Source: Octopus vulgaris (lineage: Eukaryota). Taken from it: a stretch of 64,000 bases of DNA. The notes beneath the pieces were generated by a model that did no database searches, was not told the origin of the DNA, and was given only the letters and a program-made list of their open reading frames with translations. Position 1 is the first letter of the stretch, and each line of letters opens with the position of its first letter. Shown one piece after another: positions 14,149-28,463 of the stretch. The position numbers and the translations under genes were made by a program. The stretch covers positions 211,606,001 through 211,670,000 of the forward strand of contig OX597815.1 in NCBI GenBank assembly GCA_951406725.2. The letters are read 5' to 3'.

Positions 14149-14761
14149 TATCATTAACCTATTATACTTTAAAACAAAAATTAAGCTGGTCATATGAAGG
14201 AACTTTTAATCCTTTGCGTGGAATTCATGTTGTTTATGCAATACCCATAGATCGGACACACTGCACCTATCTTCACGGTGCTGGTCCTAATCATTTCAAT
14301 AATACGAACACTGACAAGACAGATCAGAAATAACAGGCACAAACAGTCACTTACACACATTCAACTTAAGTATGGCAGACTGTACGAAATAATCTCAACA
14401 CAAATTGCGCTTTTAATGATATATCAGACTAGCAAATCTTATAGATTGTGCCTAAGTATTTATTTTCTTAAGTTCAACGCACAGTTTGTTTGTTGTTTGT
14501 GGTGTTGTTTTATTGTTGATTTTGTTTGTCTGTTGATGTTACTGTTTTTTTTTTAAGTGATAGTTACTAATGCCACCCCAGAAAAGAAAAAAAAAGCAAC
14601 ACGAACGCATTCTCACACACAGTCACACATACATACTCACAGCACATGAACATACCGCAATGAATATACAAATGCTTCGTACATTTTCACATCTAAATGC
14701 CACATGTCTGTTTGTTAAATCATGGAGTCAGTCATTTGTACTTGCGAATAAGCGCACTTAC

Positions 14762-14845
14762 ACTTTAAGGGATTCGTATATCCATTGTCCCAATGTCGGC
14801 GTAATATAGGTTTCTAGGTCAATGCGCGGGACACATCATATGGAT
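14762..14845 (-). other. Candidate small spliced exon (84 nt)
   Basis: Minus-strand acceptor ttcactttcatgtcagcag and donor AAGT|gtaagt; the 3' part is duplicated at 16479-16521. Contains an in-frame TAG, so coding status is unproven. Confidence 0.3.
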
Positions 14846-14964
14846 CTGCTGACATGAAAGTGAAATTTTGCTTATGCAATTGTTTTCGTTCTTCCTTTCA
14901 TTATTTCCTATCTACTTCTAAGAAGAAACATAAATATACACAGATATATATATATATATACGTG

Positions 14965-15018
<54 letters not shown>

Positions 15019-15189
15019 CAAGCATACATACATATGCACACGCACATAGATATACTTAAATGTATATATGAAAATATATAGATGTCTGAATGAGTGTGTA
15101 TAAATATGGGTGGGCTTATGTATGTGTGTACATATGTGTGTGTATGTGTGTGTGTATAGATGTACTTATAGAGGTATATATAGAGGCGT

Positions 15190-15214
15190 ACGTACATGCA
15201 TATATATATAAATA

Positions 15215-15309
<95 letters not shown>

Positions 15310-15402
15310 TTATATATATATATACATATATATATATACATATATATATAAATAAATTATATATATAAATAAATATATATATATATATACATATATATAT
15401 AA

Positions 15403-15457
<55 letters not shown>

Positions 15458-15535
15458 CACATATATATATCTATATATAAATAAATAAGTTATATATATA
15501 TATACATATATATATCTATATATAAATAAATAAAT

Positions 15536-15567
<32 letters not shown>

Positions 15568-15615
15568 CATATATATAAATAAATAATTATATATGTATAT
15601 ATATATATATACTCA
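15190..15615. repeat. Compound (TA)n/(TAAA)n microsatellite
   Basis: Seen directly. Confidence 0.95.
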
Positions 15616-16496
15616 CGAACATGCATATACACACACCTAACTAAGCAAGCTCATACATATTCTAAATTTACGCTGTCAGCAAACTGTTGGCTCCTGTCCA
15701 ATGTCATTCATTCTGACTGCTTTCATCAGTCCACTTTTTTTCCATTTATCCGCACAATCTGTCTCGCTCTCTCCAAATCTTACTTTCAGTATGCACACAC
15801 GCACATATATATATATAATAAGCGTGCACGCGTGTGTGTGCGTGCGTGTGTGTTTGCGTGTGTGTGTGTGTGTGTGTGTAATCAAATATACGTGCAACTC
15901 TAGCTTTCATTGCATATGTATGCGCATTTACATATATTTGTATTAACAGTTTGTCAGTCACGTCTGTATTACCAGACGATTCATAGATGCGATAAGCGCG
16001 TTTGATGGTTCAGATACAATCATAATGAGTGAGTAGTGGGTTGTCTACTACTTCTTTATGAGACTGATTTTCATTGGTTAATGTGAAAATCCCGTTCTTA
16101 TAAGGCACTTCGACTCATGTGGTGCAGCCGATCATTCGAGGAATATTGGGTCTGGGTCCGAGAAACAGTTGTCGTTGAACACCTATCAGACGTCTTCAAA
16201 ATCTACCGAACCTACCGAAGAAACAAACCAGTCTAATGCGAACAAAATCTGCTAATTATCAGACACATTTAGAAATCTTGGCTGCCTCACCACACAAGCA
16301 TTAATGAATTTGAGCGAGCATTTACAAGCCTTTTAGTAACGATTATCTGACTCAAAGTATTTATTCAAATATGTAACCCGGAATTTTCTGTTAAGCTCTC
16401 TCTTTATTCCATTTGTATCTCTGTATATAAAAAAAAACATACACGCAACTCTATCATGCAGTGGTTTATTAGAACAACGCGAATAAGCACACTTAC

Positions 16497-16546
16497 ACTT
16501 CAAAGGATTCGTATATCCATTTTTGTTTTTACATATATAAGGACGT
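16497..16546 (-). other. Candidate small spliced exon (50 nt)
   Basis: Minus-strand acceptor tcatactcttgcag and donor AAGT|gtaagt; open frame RPYICKNKNGYTNPLK. Confidence 0.3.
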
Positions 16547-17121
16547 CTGCAAGAGTATGATTGAGCAATTGTTGAAATTTACGACGTTAATAGAAGATAG
16601 AAACTTAAGGTAGGCAAGATAGCTATAACCATTCTGGTTTTGTTTTACCTCCTAATACAATGTTCTGTTTATTGGATTACAGGCTGTAAGGACGACCTCC
16701 CACGTATGACAGGTTTCCTGTGCACTTATCACAAGTACAGCATGTGTATTTCAAGCAAGTACCGTTGAATAGACACTCGACAGATTCAGACACACGATAA
16801 ACATTTGCCACCATCTGTAGTCTGATTTTATTATCTATCGTCTTCCACAGAAAAGGAAATAGACATTTCGATAAAAGGAATCTCAAAGTCATCAGTTAGA
16901 GGAAGAGATTGAGATAAATTCAACTTTCACTTTTTGTATTTCTACAGAATTCTTGTGAACATATCCAAAGATTCTTGCGTGATGCATCAGTTATTAGATA
17001 ATGATTTTGAGTACGATAATGCAGTTAGTCTTACATATACTTCGACATTTTTTTTTTTAGCTATGCTTACAAAAATATGCGCTTATTGTCAGTAAACCAA
17101 TGCAGTTCTGCTTTAGAAAAC

Positions 17122-17372
17122 TGTTATATCCTTATGAATAAACGAATACACTGCAATGGTATAATAATGTAATAACAATATAATCGAAACAAACGGCAGT
17201 AACCATACGAAACCTATCAACATTTTTTTAAGAACCAACAATCCAACACGCTAACTCGAACTCCAACTTTGAACTATCATCACACGAACTATGAACTCCC
17301 TTACTCAGACCCCTACTATTTATATGTAGTAGTCCAGTTCATTCTCGATAGGTGGCGTCGTACTCTCGCACA
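17122..17372 (-). mobile_element. Probable 3' LTR of the Gypsy remnant
   Basis: On the minus strand a polypurine tract AAAAGGGGAGA is followed directly by TG (17372). A TATA-like CATATAAATAG lies inside and a plausible end is ..GATATAACA (17122). No matching 5' LTR found. Confidence 0.5.
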
Positions 17373-17382
17373 TCTCCCCTTT

Positions 17383-19945
17383 TGAGATTTCGTGTTCCAA
17401 AGAAATAAAGAAATTTTTTATTTATATATATTTTTTCTAGTATCTTTTTCGTTTCAGCATTATCCCAAGGTGTTCGGTCTACTTTCTTTTTCTCATGCTG
17501 GTTCAACGGAACTCTATTACATCAAATATTTCACAGAATACTTCCATGGGAATTTCTTCCTGATCTTGGGTATGCCTCTCCCTTGGTTTGTTTATATGTC
17601 TCTTATGTTCACCGCGTGACCCTTTTATGAGATCCATCATACTTCCAATTTTTCTGGTAACATGGTCACCTTCCCAGTCTTCTTTACCGTTTCTATAGGG
17701 TTTTGAAATGCACTTTATCACCTATTTCCACATATTTCGTTGACTCTTTTGTATTTCTTTACGTTTTTTTTTTCTCTGGTAAAGCTTATCAAAAATGGAT
17801 TTTATTCTTCTTGCGAACATCAATTCTACGGGAGACTTCCTTGAAATTGTACTTGGATTGGGTGGTTACTCTGTATATTCTTAAAAGATTTGTCAGTGCT
17901 TCATCGTTACTTAATATATTCCTCGCTTTTCTTAACGCTCTCTTAAAGGTGTCCACAAATCTTTCTACCTGCCCGCTTGACGTCAAGTAGTAGGGTGGAG
18001 TGAAAATATGCTTTATCGCATGCCTTTTACAGAAGTTCTTGAATGCATATCCTATCGAACTGCGTTCCATTGTCTGAAACTAGCGTGTCAGGGACACCAT
18101 ATCGCGCAAACAATTCGTATAAGAACATTACAGTTGTCTTAGAGATTAGTCTATAGCCCCTGCAAACCCTCGGCCACATAGTACAGCTATCTACAATGAT
18201 TAGGTAGTAAGTGCCGTTTATCGGTCCAGTATAGTTAATGTGTAACCTAAACCATGAGTTCTCCGTCTCTGGCCACGACTGATATTTTACCGGTGGGGCT
18301 TGGCCGCGAGCGCACAATCTCGGCACGCTCTCACCAAGTTTTCGATATCTTGGCCCATAGACGGCCAATAGACATAACTCCTCATCAGAGCGTTCATCCT
18401 TGCCATTCCTGGATGTCCGCTGGGTAATTGTTGCAATACACCTGTTTCTAATGTAGTTGGAACCACCACTCTTTGGGTGTACACCAGAATATCGTCGCAA
18501 ATTGAAAAACTACTGGCATCTGAATTTTTATTCTGTTTATTCTTTAAGGCTTCTTTTATTTTCGCAATACACTCGTCACCTACAGCTTTTATTCTTATAT
18601 TCTGTGCCGTCACTGGTAGTTCTTGGTTAACATTCGTCATAACACTTAACTTCGTTTTCTGCCTGCAGTGCGGCTACAACAGTCTCTTTTAGTGGTTCCA
18701 TATTTTTTTTGAATTAATCTCGAAAGGCAGTCCGCATGACCGAATTTTTTCGATAGAATGTACTGCATTTTGAAATTATAATTCAGTAATATTACACCCC
18801 AACGTTGCAGGCGGTTCACAGAATGAGTCGGTAACCCTTTTGTAGATTCTTAAATCGAGAGCAAAGCTCTATGGTCTGTTTGCAATAAAAACTTCTGCCA
18901 TCCAGAAACCTATGAGATTTTTTTTGGTGGAAAAATAATTGCTAGGGCCTCCTTTTTCTCTGCCGCTATTAGCGAGCACGAAACACGAACCACTAATTTT
19001 GTACTTCCATCTTCGTATTTATCAAGTAGAACTGCACCTAATCCGTGCTCGAGAGCAGCAGACGCTACAATGATGTCCGTTTCTAGATTGTAATGTACCG
19101 ACTAGGTCTGAGATTAGAATTTTTTTTATTTCTTCAAAAGTGTTCAGGTATTTAGTGGAACAATTCCACTTTACTCCTTTTTTTTTTAATAAGTCGTTCA
19201 CTGGGGCTTTTAACTTGTGTATATTAGGAATGTAGCTTTGACAATAGTTTACCAACTCAAGAAATGCTTGTAAAGTTGGTATATATGTCGGCGCAGGCAT
19301 ATTTCTTATTGCGTCTGCCCTCGACGGGTCAGAACGTCTACCACTTTTATCAATCATTTGCCCTAATTAATTAATCTGGGGTAGAAAGAATTCGCATTTT
19401 TTCTTCACTCAAACTGAACTCCAAAACTTTAATTTTCTCAAACACAGCTTTTATGTATTCCCCATGCTGTACAGGAGAATTACTCCTGATCAAAATATCG
19501 TCCAAGTACGGGATTGCAAATTCACTATCAGATAACATAGTATCCATGCTTTGCTGGAATATTGCTGGTGCCACTTTTAATCCAAAAGGTAATCGTGTGT
19601 ATCTGTACAATCTTCTGTGTGTATTTATTTTCAAATAATTTAAGCATTTTTCATTTACTTTTATCTGTAAATAGGATTCAGACAGATCTAATTTGGAAAA
19701 CATTTTTCCATCATTTAACTTTGAAAAAATGTCCTCCGCAGTCGGGAGTGGATGGTGGAATGTTTTTAAGCAGTCGTTCAATCCTGTAGAGAAATTGGCT
19801 CACAGCCTAATCTTTTTTTTAATACAGAGCGTGGGTGCCGCCTACTTCGAGTAATCCCCCTTTTTGATGACTCCTCTCTTTTTCGAGTCAGCCCAACTCT
19901 TCGTTTACGGTCTCAATTGCCGCGAACGGTACTTTTCTGTTTTTT
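17383..19945 (-). pseudogene. pol: Decayed Ty3/Gypsy pol (RT, RNase H, integrase) with many frameshifts and stops
   Basis: RT: FSKLDLSESYLQI..RLPFGLKVAPAIFQ..YLDDILI. Connection: IRNMPAP..LQAFL. Integrase zinc finger: HPGMARMNALMRSYVYWP..CRDC. Core: LIIVDS..YGVPDTLVSDNGTQF, PPYY..SSGQVERFVDTFK. Confidence 0.95.
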
Positions 19946-20685
19946 GTTATTTCATCTCGTTTATTCATATTATAAATTTTAAAATGTTACGCATCTTGTT
20001 CATCGTACGATCCCCGACCTCTTGACTTTGTATTGTTCCTCTATTTTGGTCCCTCGTGGACAATAAAGAATTAACAATTGATTCCATCTCTATAGAATTA
20101 CGGTTGATGCTGTTACTCCTTCTCATACGGTCTGCTGTCGGTTGCGCTTCCGCTATAGCGAGAGAGAAGTTCTCAGTTTACGGCTATTTCATCTTTGATC
20201 CTTTTACCTGTTCCTAGGAAATAAGCAAATTACAAAACTTGACAAAAACTTTCAACAGCAAGCATTTGAGAAAGTTGCATTATTTGTTCGTGGACCAGTA
20301 TTTCTTCGTAGACAATTCTGTGTAGCTATTTTTCGAGCCCGTTCACTTTTTGATGCAAAGACAAGAATAGTAGGCAATTTCCAAGGTAGATTAGGAGACG
20401 TGTGTCTTCAAACATGGTCTCTTCTAAGACTGCACATTCACCACTAACTACATTGACTTTACTCTATCTCAAATGTCAGACACTTCAGAAAAAGAAATAC
20501 AAATTATTTATTTCATTGGCTTCGATAAACCCCCAAACTACTGATTCAAAATAAATAGTTTTCTACGAATACTACTCGATTACAGGTTTGTATGTATATG
20601 CATACATACAAACATATTTATAATGAAAACATGACATATCCACTCATATATTTTCATACACAATATAGGTTGCATAAAATATTAC

Positions 20686-20737
<52 letters not shown>

Positions 20738-20742
20738 AGCAG

Positions 20743-20785
<43 letters not shown>

Positions 20786-20813
20786 CACACAAGCAGTTTT
20801 ATATATATTTATT

Positions 20814-20865
<52 letters not shown>

Positions 20866-21148
20866 TATACAAGCAGTCACTCAAATAGAGTAAGAAGTAA
20901 TATTCTTTCTATCAGAATAAATACTTCTCTTATATTATGTTACAGCAACAGGGCGATAAAAATCAACAATTTGTAGGAAACTATTCGTATTCTCATATAT
21001 AGAAGTGATATTATGATTTCGATAAATCCTAGTCCGTGTATCCATTAGCTCCATGCCACTCCATTCCCAACGAATGAATCGAAAAGAAAAACTCTAACAA
21101 GTAATTCATCTAGCTAGAAAGAGCAACAAAACTTTCCTTTAATCATAC

Positions 21149-21563
21149 CTTATTTCTTTATGCCCACAAGGGGGCTAAACGTAGAGGGGACGAACAAGGA
21201 CAGACAAACGGATTAAGTCGATTACATCGACCCCAGTGCGTAACTGGTACTTAATTTATCACCCGGAAAGGATGAAAGGCAAAGTCGACCTCGGCGGAAT
21301 TTGAACTCAGAACGTAACGGCAGACGAAATACCTATTTCTTTACTATCCACAAGGGGCTACACACAGAGGGGAAACAAGGACATACAAACGGATTAAGTC
21401 GATTATATGGACCCCAGTGAGTAACTGGTACTAAATTTATCGACCCCGAAAGAATGAAAGGCAAAGTCGACCTCGACGGAATTTGAACTCAGAACGTAAC
21501 GGCAGATGAAATACGGCTACGCATTTCACCCGGCATGCTAACGTTTCTGCCAGGTCGCCGCTT
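21149..21563 (-). mobile_element. SINE family B, tandem dimer
   Basis: Two bodies and one head; flanked by tttaatcata on both sides (probable TSD). Confidence 0.85.
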
Positions 21564-22489
21564 TTAATCATATCTCACTCTCGTAAAGGAAAGGAACGAT
21601 ACCTTACATTACGCAGTCCTAGTTGAACTATGGCTGTATAAAACCCGAAATAATGATGGTCGCAATGCCCACGATGGATATCAGGCTAATCAACGACAAA
21701 ACTTCTCACCACACACCAAATTTTAACACTTTGTGAAGGCTTCGCTTCCAAGTTCTGTTAATTATATTTTCCAGATGTCCAATTAAATATCCAAAGAAAT
21801 TGTCTGTTTAATTATAAAAGTTGAAAGTAAAGTCAGTTTGATAAACTCCCAAAGTACCAAGCTGAAGTTACTGCGGCAGTATTAGATGCGGGGTTGAGAT
21901 ATCATATTCCAGTGATTTTCTTTGCAATCGTATCAATTCTACTGCCTTGTTTCTTATTACAGCATAGCATCTTCGCATTGAACCTTGTTTGAGAAAATAT
22001 GTGATCTAAAGAATCTAATTCATAACCATTATGTGTTTTTTATTTCCTCAAAAATAGAGTACCCAAGACTACATTATCTAATATGTAAGTTATGGTTTGG
22101 AAGATATTTGATTGCTATTTCTAGCTTGCTAAGTAACCACATAGATTCTAACAACGCATGAGGATACAATAAAGTACAGTCGGAAGCGAGTATGACATTA
22201 GTATGTACCATGCTGTCGCTAAATGTTTTAGATGCCCATGAAGCCACGAGCAGTCATAACCACCTTCTTGACTGTCTCACTCTTTGACCCTGCTGAACCT
22301 CCAGGTACTGGTGGCAGGGGGAAGAGAGAGCAGTGACAGGCATTATTAGTTGATTTGACTGGAGCAACAGAAAACGAAGTTTCTTATTCAAAAGCACATC
22401 GTGAGGCCCAGTTCAGAATAGAAACTTAAGACCTTATGATCATAAATGAAATACCTAAATACTCGGCCAAAATGTTCACTTGAGATTTT

Positions 22490-22690
22490 GGTACAAGACC
22501 AGCAATTTTTTAGGGAGGGAGTCGATACCATCGACTTTAGAACGTGACTGGTACTTCATTTTATCGACAACGAAAGTATAAAAAACAATAGTGACTCGGT
22601 GGTATTTGAACTCAGAACGTAAATAGGCGGGAGAATTGCCGTCAAGTATTTTATCAGACACGCTAAGCATCTTGCCAGCTTGCTGCTTTC
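22490..22690 (-). mobile_element. Old degenerate family B SINE
   Basis: gtcgataccatcgac..ctggtacttcattttatcgac..tttgaactcagaacgtaaa..ttgccagct. Confidence 0.65.
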
Positions 22691-23017
22691 ACTTAAGGGT
22701 ACAATATAGCATCACAAAAGTAGGTTGTACAGCACATTTCAACCGAAAATTAATCCATTCAGTCACTGTGATTCCATAAGTTTGTACTACATTCTTCAAA
22801 TATTTTAAAACCATTGATAGTTTTGATTATTTATGTTAGTAACTTTAACCTTATTCAAGTAATCAGTTATTTGGAATGTTTGTTTTTGTTTTTGTTTTTC
22901 AAACAGTTCCTTTAAAAATTCTTGTTTTGCAACCAACGACGTATACTATAGTGTAATTTTCGTGTCATGCTAGTTTTATATTTATGCCTCGAATAAACTC
23001 GATATCCATACTCTAAT

Positions 23018-23290
23018 CCATCATCATCATCATCATCATCATCATAATCTTCTAAAATCCGTTTTCCATGCTGGTATGGGTTGGACGGTTGGACCGGAAC
23101 TGGCAAACCGGAGAGATGCACCAGGTTTCAGTCTGATTTGGCTTGGTTTCTAAGGCTGGATGCTCTTCCTAACACCAACCACTTAATGTGTGCTCGGTGC
23201 TTTTAACTCGACACTGGCACTAGCGCTTTTACGTGGCGAAGATACAAGTGCTTTTTGCGTGGAACCGGCACAGGACGCCTGCAGGCCAAT
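23018..23290 (-). mobile_element. Short retroposon 3' part with (GAT)n tail, probably RTE-mobilised; related fragment at ~47980-48068 (+)
   Basis: The minus strand reads GTTGGTGTTAGGAAGAGCATCCAGCC..CCGTCCAACCCATACCAGCATGGAAAACGGA..(GAT)n; the same 3' string occurs at 48018-48050. Confidence 0.65.
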
Positions 23291-24037
23291 CATCTTCTGG
23301 AGCGCAGATATTTTGTTTAAATAAAGCAACAAAAGCCAGTCATTGCTGTTATAGTCAGATATAATTCATTTAAGAATATCGCTGGATACCAGATTCTTTC
23401 TTACATACAATTAATTCTAAAGTGTAAGTGCCCTGAATCATTGATTAACCCCAAGTAAGGGAACATGATCAATCCATTGTTTTGTACATACATAATGGCA
23501 ACATTGTGCAATATCTTGTTCTTAATTTTAAATGGGTTGAATATTTTGTAACAGGTCGAGAACTGCGTAAGTATAAACTAATTGATGAGTATTTTGCAAA
23601 TCATAAATTCTGCTGTCATTTCTTAATAGCATGAAGTTAAATGCTTCTGTAACTGAAAAGAAAAGAGCATTTTCTTGGTGACGTTTTGTTCCAGTTCAGC
23701 CCATATTAAGCAAATGAATGATCAAAGACATTCCAGCCACGATAATCCCATCAGATATGTCTGTGTCCTTCTTTTGGGAAAATAGAAAAAACAAATTGAA
23801 GATGATTGGGTCGGGTATTTCGTGAAGTTCTAGCTATCAAGGAATGACACCCTGTAAAAATCTCTAAGGAACTCCTATACTTTGCTTACTAACCGGATAA
23901 ATAACGTGTGTGTGTATGTTTACATATGTGTGTGTGTGTGTGTGTGTGTTTTAAAACGACTGTATGTGAAATTGTTTAGATTTGTAGCATTCTCAAAAGT
24001 ACTGAAAATAATATATCATCAAAAAAAAAAAAAAACA

Positions 24038-24445
24038 TAGGCGCAGGAGTGGCTGTGTGGTAAGTAGCTTGTTTACCAGCCACATGGTTCCAGGTTCAGT
24101 CCCACTCCGTGGCACCTTGGACATGTGCCTTCTACTATAGCCTCGGGCCGACCAAAGCCTTGTGAGTGGATCTGGTAGTCGGAAACTGGAAGAATTCCGT
24201 CGTATAAATATATATGTATATGTATGCGTGTGTTTGTGTTTGTTCCCCACCCCTCACAACATCGCTTGACAACCGATGCTGGTGTGTTTACGTCCCCGTA
24301 ACTTAGCGGTTCGGCAAAAAGAGACCGATAGAATAAGTACTAAGGCTTACAAAGAATAAGTCCTGGGGTCGATTTGCTCGACAAAGGGCGGCGCTCCAGC
24401 ATAGCCGCAGTCAAATTACTGAAACAAGTAAAAGAGTAAAAGAGT
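24038..24445 (+). mobile_element. SINE family A, full-length
   Basis: Head AGGCGCAGGAGTGGCTGTGTGGTAAG (A-box), GGTTCAGTCCC (B-box-like), CACCTTGGACA core, internal microsatellite, (GTAAAAGA)n tail. Confidence 0.9.
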
Positions 24446-24890
24446 ATTCAAACAAAGAAAAACTTATATAAAATCTTTAAAACTCTAAAATTATCAAGAC
24501 AAATCCTCTGAAGTATGTTTTTTACTTACAAAATGTATTGGATACTTCCTCGCGATATGTATTAATACCTTTATATTGTTAGCACTGAATTACTGAAATA
24601 AAGGTAACAACAGTATAGTGACTGACTGCGCCAAATTAGAAGCTGCCAAGTTCGAACAAAACCACATTTCCATTAAAGTTTCCAAATTATTTTCAGATTA
24701 AGAATACAACCATGATGCCATCGAGCATTAGCAGCGAAATCTTCCTAAAACCATAGTCCATCGTCTTAAAGAACGAATACTGAACAGAGTACGAAGAACT
24801 CAAGGCCTGGAAAAACAGACCTAACTTGGATACCTTTGAACGTAAGACTACTTGGTCAGAGATTATCTGGGGCTAAACAGCATCAGCAGT

Positions 24891-25262
24891 GGAGGCGCAA
24901 TGGCCCAGTGGTTAGGGCAGCGGACTCGCGGTCGGAGGATCGCGGTTTCGATTCCCAGACCGAGCGCTGTGCGTGTTTATTGAGCAAAAATACCTAAAGC
25001 TCCACGAGGCTCCGGCAGGGGGTGGTGGCGACCCCTTTTGTACTCTTTCGCCCCAACTTTCTCCCACTCTTTCTTCCTGTTTCTTGTCCCCGACTTCCTA
25101 CGCAACCGCTGAGCCTGGATGCGCATTCATCCATCCGTCGATGCTCTCGGTGTCGGGGGTTGACCTGCTTTCTCTTCTGCGGGCCTTACGAATAGCAAAG
25201 GACCACGTTTCGGACTTCTCCCACTGGGACAAAGACCGATTCGCTCAACAAACAAACAAACA
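24891..25262 (+). mobile_element. SINE family C (tRNA-like head) with an alternative 3' tail ending in (AAAC)n
   Basis: GGAGGCGCAATGGCCCAGTGGTTAGGGCAGCGGACTCGCGGTC..GGTTTCGATTCCC; body shared with 35529 up to ttcctgtttcttg, then unrelated. Confidence 0.85.
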
Positions 25263-27054
25263 GCACCAGCAACAAATATATTGTCCAATGGTTAATCCTT
25301 GTCCTAGATATTGACTCTGTGAATCACTCTGAAATACCCAACATACTTTAAATTTTGAACGAAGAAAAAAAGCCGTTCAGTAGGCTTCACAAATTAATTA
25401 CCTATGTAACTATTTTCAGCGTTTTGTTTATGGCTGAACTAAGACCATCAGGCTGCGAATTTTTGTAGCAGATTGCTTTTGAATAATTAGAGTAGTCAAT
25501 TACATTTTAATTTAGCGAATATTATCTCAGCTAATAATATCACTTTAGAAAGATCAATGTTATTAACCTATGTAGTAATTTATCATAAGTGTTATCGCAA
25601 TAAGATTTATAAGCGATTCATTAATTAAAGTTACATGGGATTAATTTTAGCTTAGCATAAATTATTTGAAAAGAAACAGGGTTGCTTTTTCATAGATAAG
25701 AGTTATGTTTAATTGCAAGAGAATAGTGGCAAGCTTAGATTTATGATAGCGACGCGGCAAGTTTTAAGTAATTAGTCCGGCCTTTAATATCTAAGACAGT
25801 GTTGAAGTATGATCTTGAGAAAAAGTATTGGACCGTCGGAGAAACTCAGATGTAAAAATACTCTTCCCGTCTTCATTTCCGTTTAATGACAATTTTCTTT
25901 ACTTATGCTGATAACTTTTTGGACAGAGATGAAATTCAAAACCTTTCACTTTTCTTACATGGATATAGAGCGCCATGTTAATCAGAATGGAACTAATATA
26001 AGTCAATAGACATGGTATAATTAATCCGGTAAAGTAAATTACAATAAATCTAAAATTATAAATCATGTTTTCCACTTGGATATTAAAAATAGGAAATCTA
26101 TATGGATCTATTTTTAAATATGGATTAAATATTTTTGCATGTATTAAAGATTTTTCAATAAACGGTTATAAACTGCAGTTTTTATTTTTATTTTCTTCAA
26201 CACCCATTTTACGGACTCTGTAATTTGATATACATTTTCCTCGTATCGTTCCTGCTCAGTCACCCGTCGGTTTGTATAGAACTTGTTTCTGTTAGTTGCC
26301 TGAATTTTATTAAGCGATTCTAAAAGAGATTTTTAGGACAAATGTGCCAACGTGGAACTTTGAAAATAAACTGAAAGTGGATAACGTGACATAAATGTGT
26401 TTCAATTATTTGTCCTTGAAGAATTAGCCACCAGGAAATAAATCCAAAATATGTAATCTGATTCTACAACATTAACACTGCTTCAGGAAAAATTGCAAAT
26501 TTTTCGACTGAATCTGAGTTGTTATTTTAGAGAAATAAGGATGGAATTGTGCCCCCAAAACACATATTATTATTATTTTTTTTCGGAACTAACTACAGTT
26601 TTAGGTTCGTGTTGTTACTAACCTCTTACAAGTTATTTATCTTTGGAGATTTTTCTTTTCGTTTCACTATTATCTGAAATTATTTACGTCTTTTGATTCC
26701 TGTCTTCTCTATCATAAGAATTTGCATTGGTGTGATTTACAAACTCCTTGTCACTAATCTCTAATCTCCTTTTCAATCTTGTGCATCATTTGCTTAAACT
26801 AACTTTTACTAAAAAGGGTTCTGTTTGTTTTAACGCGGTAGTTTCAATCTATCGCATTTCTAGCATCCAAGTTTGTTCTCAAATCCTTCTTCCTATTGCC
26901 ACATGATAAGTGAGACTCTAAAAATAAAAATACATAACTTCTGAAATCTTTGCCCATCAAAAGGATTCAGTATATTTCTATTTTCACTTATATAACACTA
27001 ATAAAGTGGTGGCAAGCACTTTGAATAGCTTTCATAATCTTTTATACTGGACCA

Positions 27055-27390
27055 CCGCCTTGAAAGGTTTTTTAGTCCAACAAGTCGACTTCAGAACTTA
27101 TTTTTAAAAAACCCTAATGTTTATTCTATCAGTCTCTTTTACAGAATCGCTAGATTACGGGAACATAAATACAAACCGTCAAGCGGTGATGGCGGGTGAC
27201 AAACACAGACACAAAGACACATATATGACGGGCTTCTTTCATTTTCCGTCGACCAAATCCACTCACAAGGCTTTGGTCTGCCTGAGGTTATAGTAGAAGA
27301 CACTTGCCCAAGGTGCCACGCAGTGGGACTGAGCCCGAAACCATGTGGTTGGGAAGCAAGCTTCATGCCACATAACCATACCTGCGCCTA
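27055..27390 (-). mobile_element. SINE family A
   Basis: accaaatccactcacaaggctttggtc..tatagtagaagacacttgcccaaggtgccacgcagtgggactga..cctgcgcct. Confidence 0.85.
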
Positions 27391-28394
27391 GCGTCATACC
27401 ACATAGTCATACCTGCGCCTATCTGAGAAAATTTGTAAAATTATTTTTGATTTAGGCACCAGGCCAGTAATTTTAAGGGGTAGGAGTAAGTCAAAACCAT
27501 CGTCCCTGATATACGATTCGTACTTTACCGTATCGACGCCGGAGAGATGAAAGCCAAAGTTGACCTCGGCGGAAACGGAACTCGGACTATATGTAAATAG
27601 CCGGAAGAAATAGCACAAGACACTAACGATTGTGCGAGCTAACTGCTTTATGAAAACTTCCAAAAAACATATAACAAAATATACTTTATGATTTCGTTCT
27701 ATATTGAAGAGTTGTTCAATGTTCAATGAAAGGGTATATATAATGTAACAGCTTCAGATGAAGGATATATTTCTTGCATGCAGAAGGAAGAATATCGCCA
27801 ATTCAAACAACTGAGTTGGTGACTTTCCAACTGATCTCGGTCGCCTTAGAATATGTTAATATTAACTACTTTTATGGAAGTTACATCTCTGAATGCTTCA
27901 TGAATAATTTGCTTTATTATGACAAGTGATGATTTCCAAACCTGAAGGTACGATATTAACAACTTCGAAACACTTCCTAGTACCAGAAATAATCATCAGT
28001 TGGTTAAAAGAATCCGTCTCCCGGTTTAACATCACCTTCCACTCTTTGTGGGTTACTCATAGCAGAGCCCACTTAATTGCAAGCATTCGGGCCAGATCTT
28101 CGGTTTGAGGATACCATCCTCCTACCAACTTCAGAAGACACCTGCAGGGTCCTGGGCATTGCTTTTTACCTCCCCCCATCCCTAGTCATTCTTACCTCCC
28201 TCCCGGGCCTTGGCGAAATTCTGCTTAAATCATTTATTCACTGTCAACTGCTGTCTGCAATCTGGAAAACATTTTAATAAATGAAGCAATATAGTTTCTA
28301 ATTACTGTTAACAAATCTCAGCGCATTTGATAATATAACACTGATCATTGATATACAACGCTTCTACCTCTCTCTCTCTCACTGTCTCCCCCCA

Positions 28395-28463
<69 letters not shown>

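Noticed and set aside
16855-16900. Minus-strand CTGATGA...GAAATGTC
   Set aside because: Stems I and II are too weak to support an HHR
19965-20215. Short ORF (MRRSNSINRNSIEMES..) with an upstream acceptor-like site beside the Gypsy remnant
   Set aside because: About 55 aa with no recognisable motif; cannot distinguish host exon, gag remnant or chance
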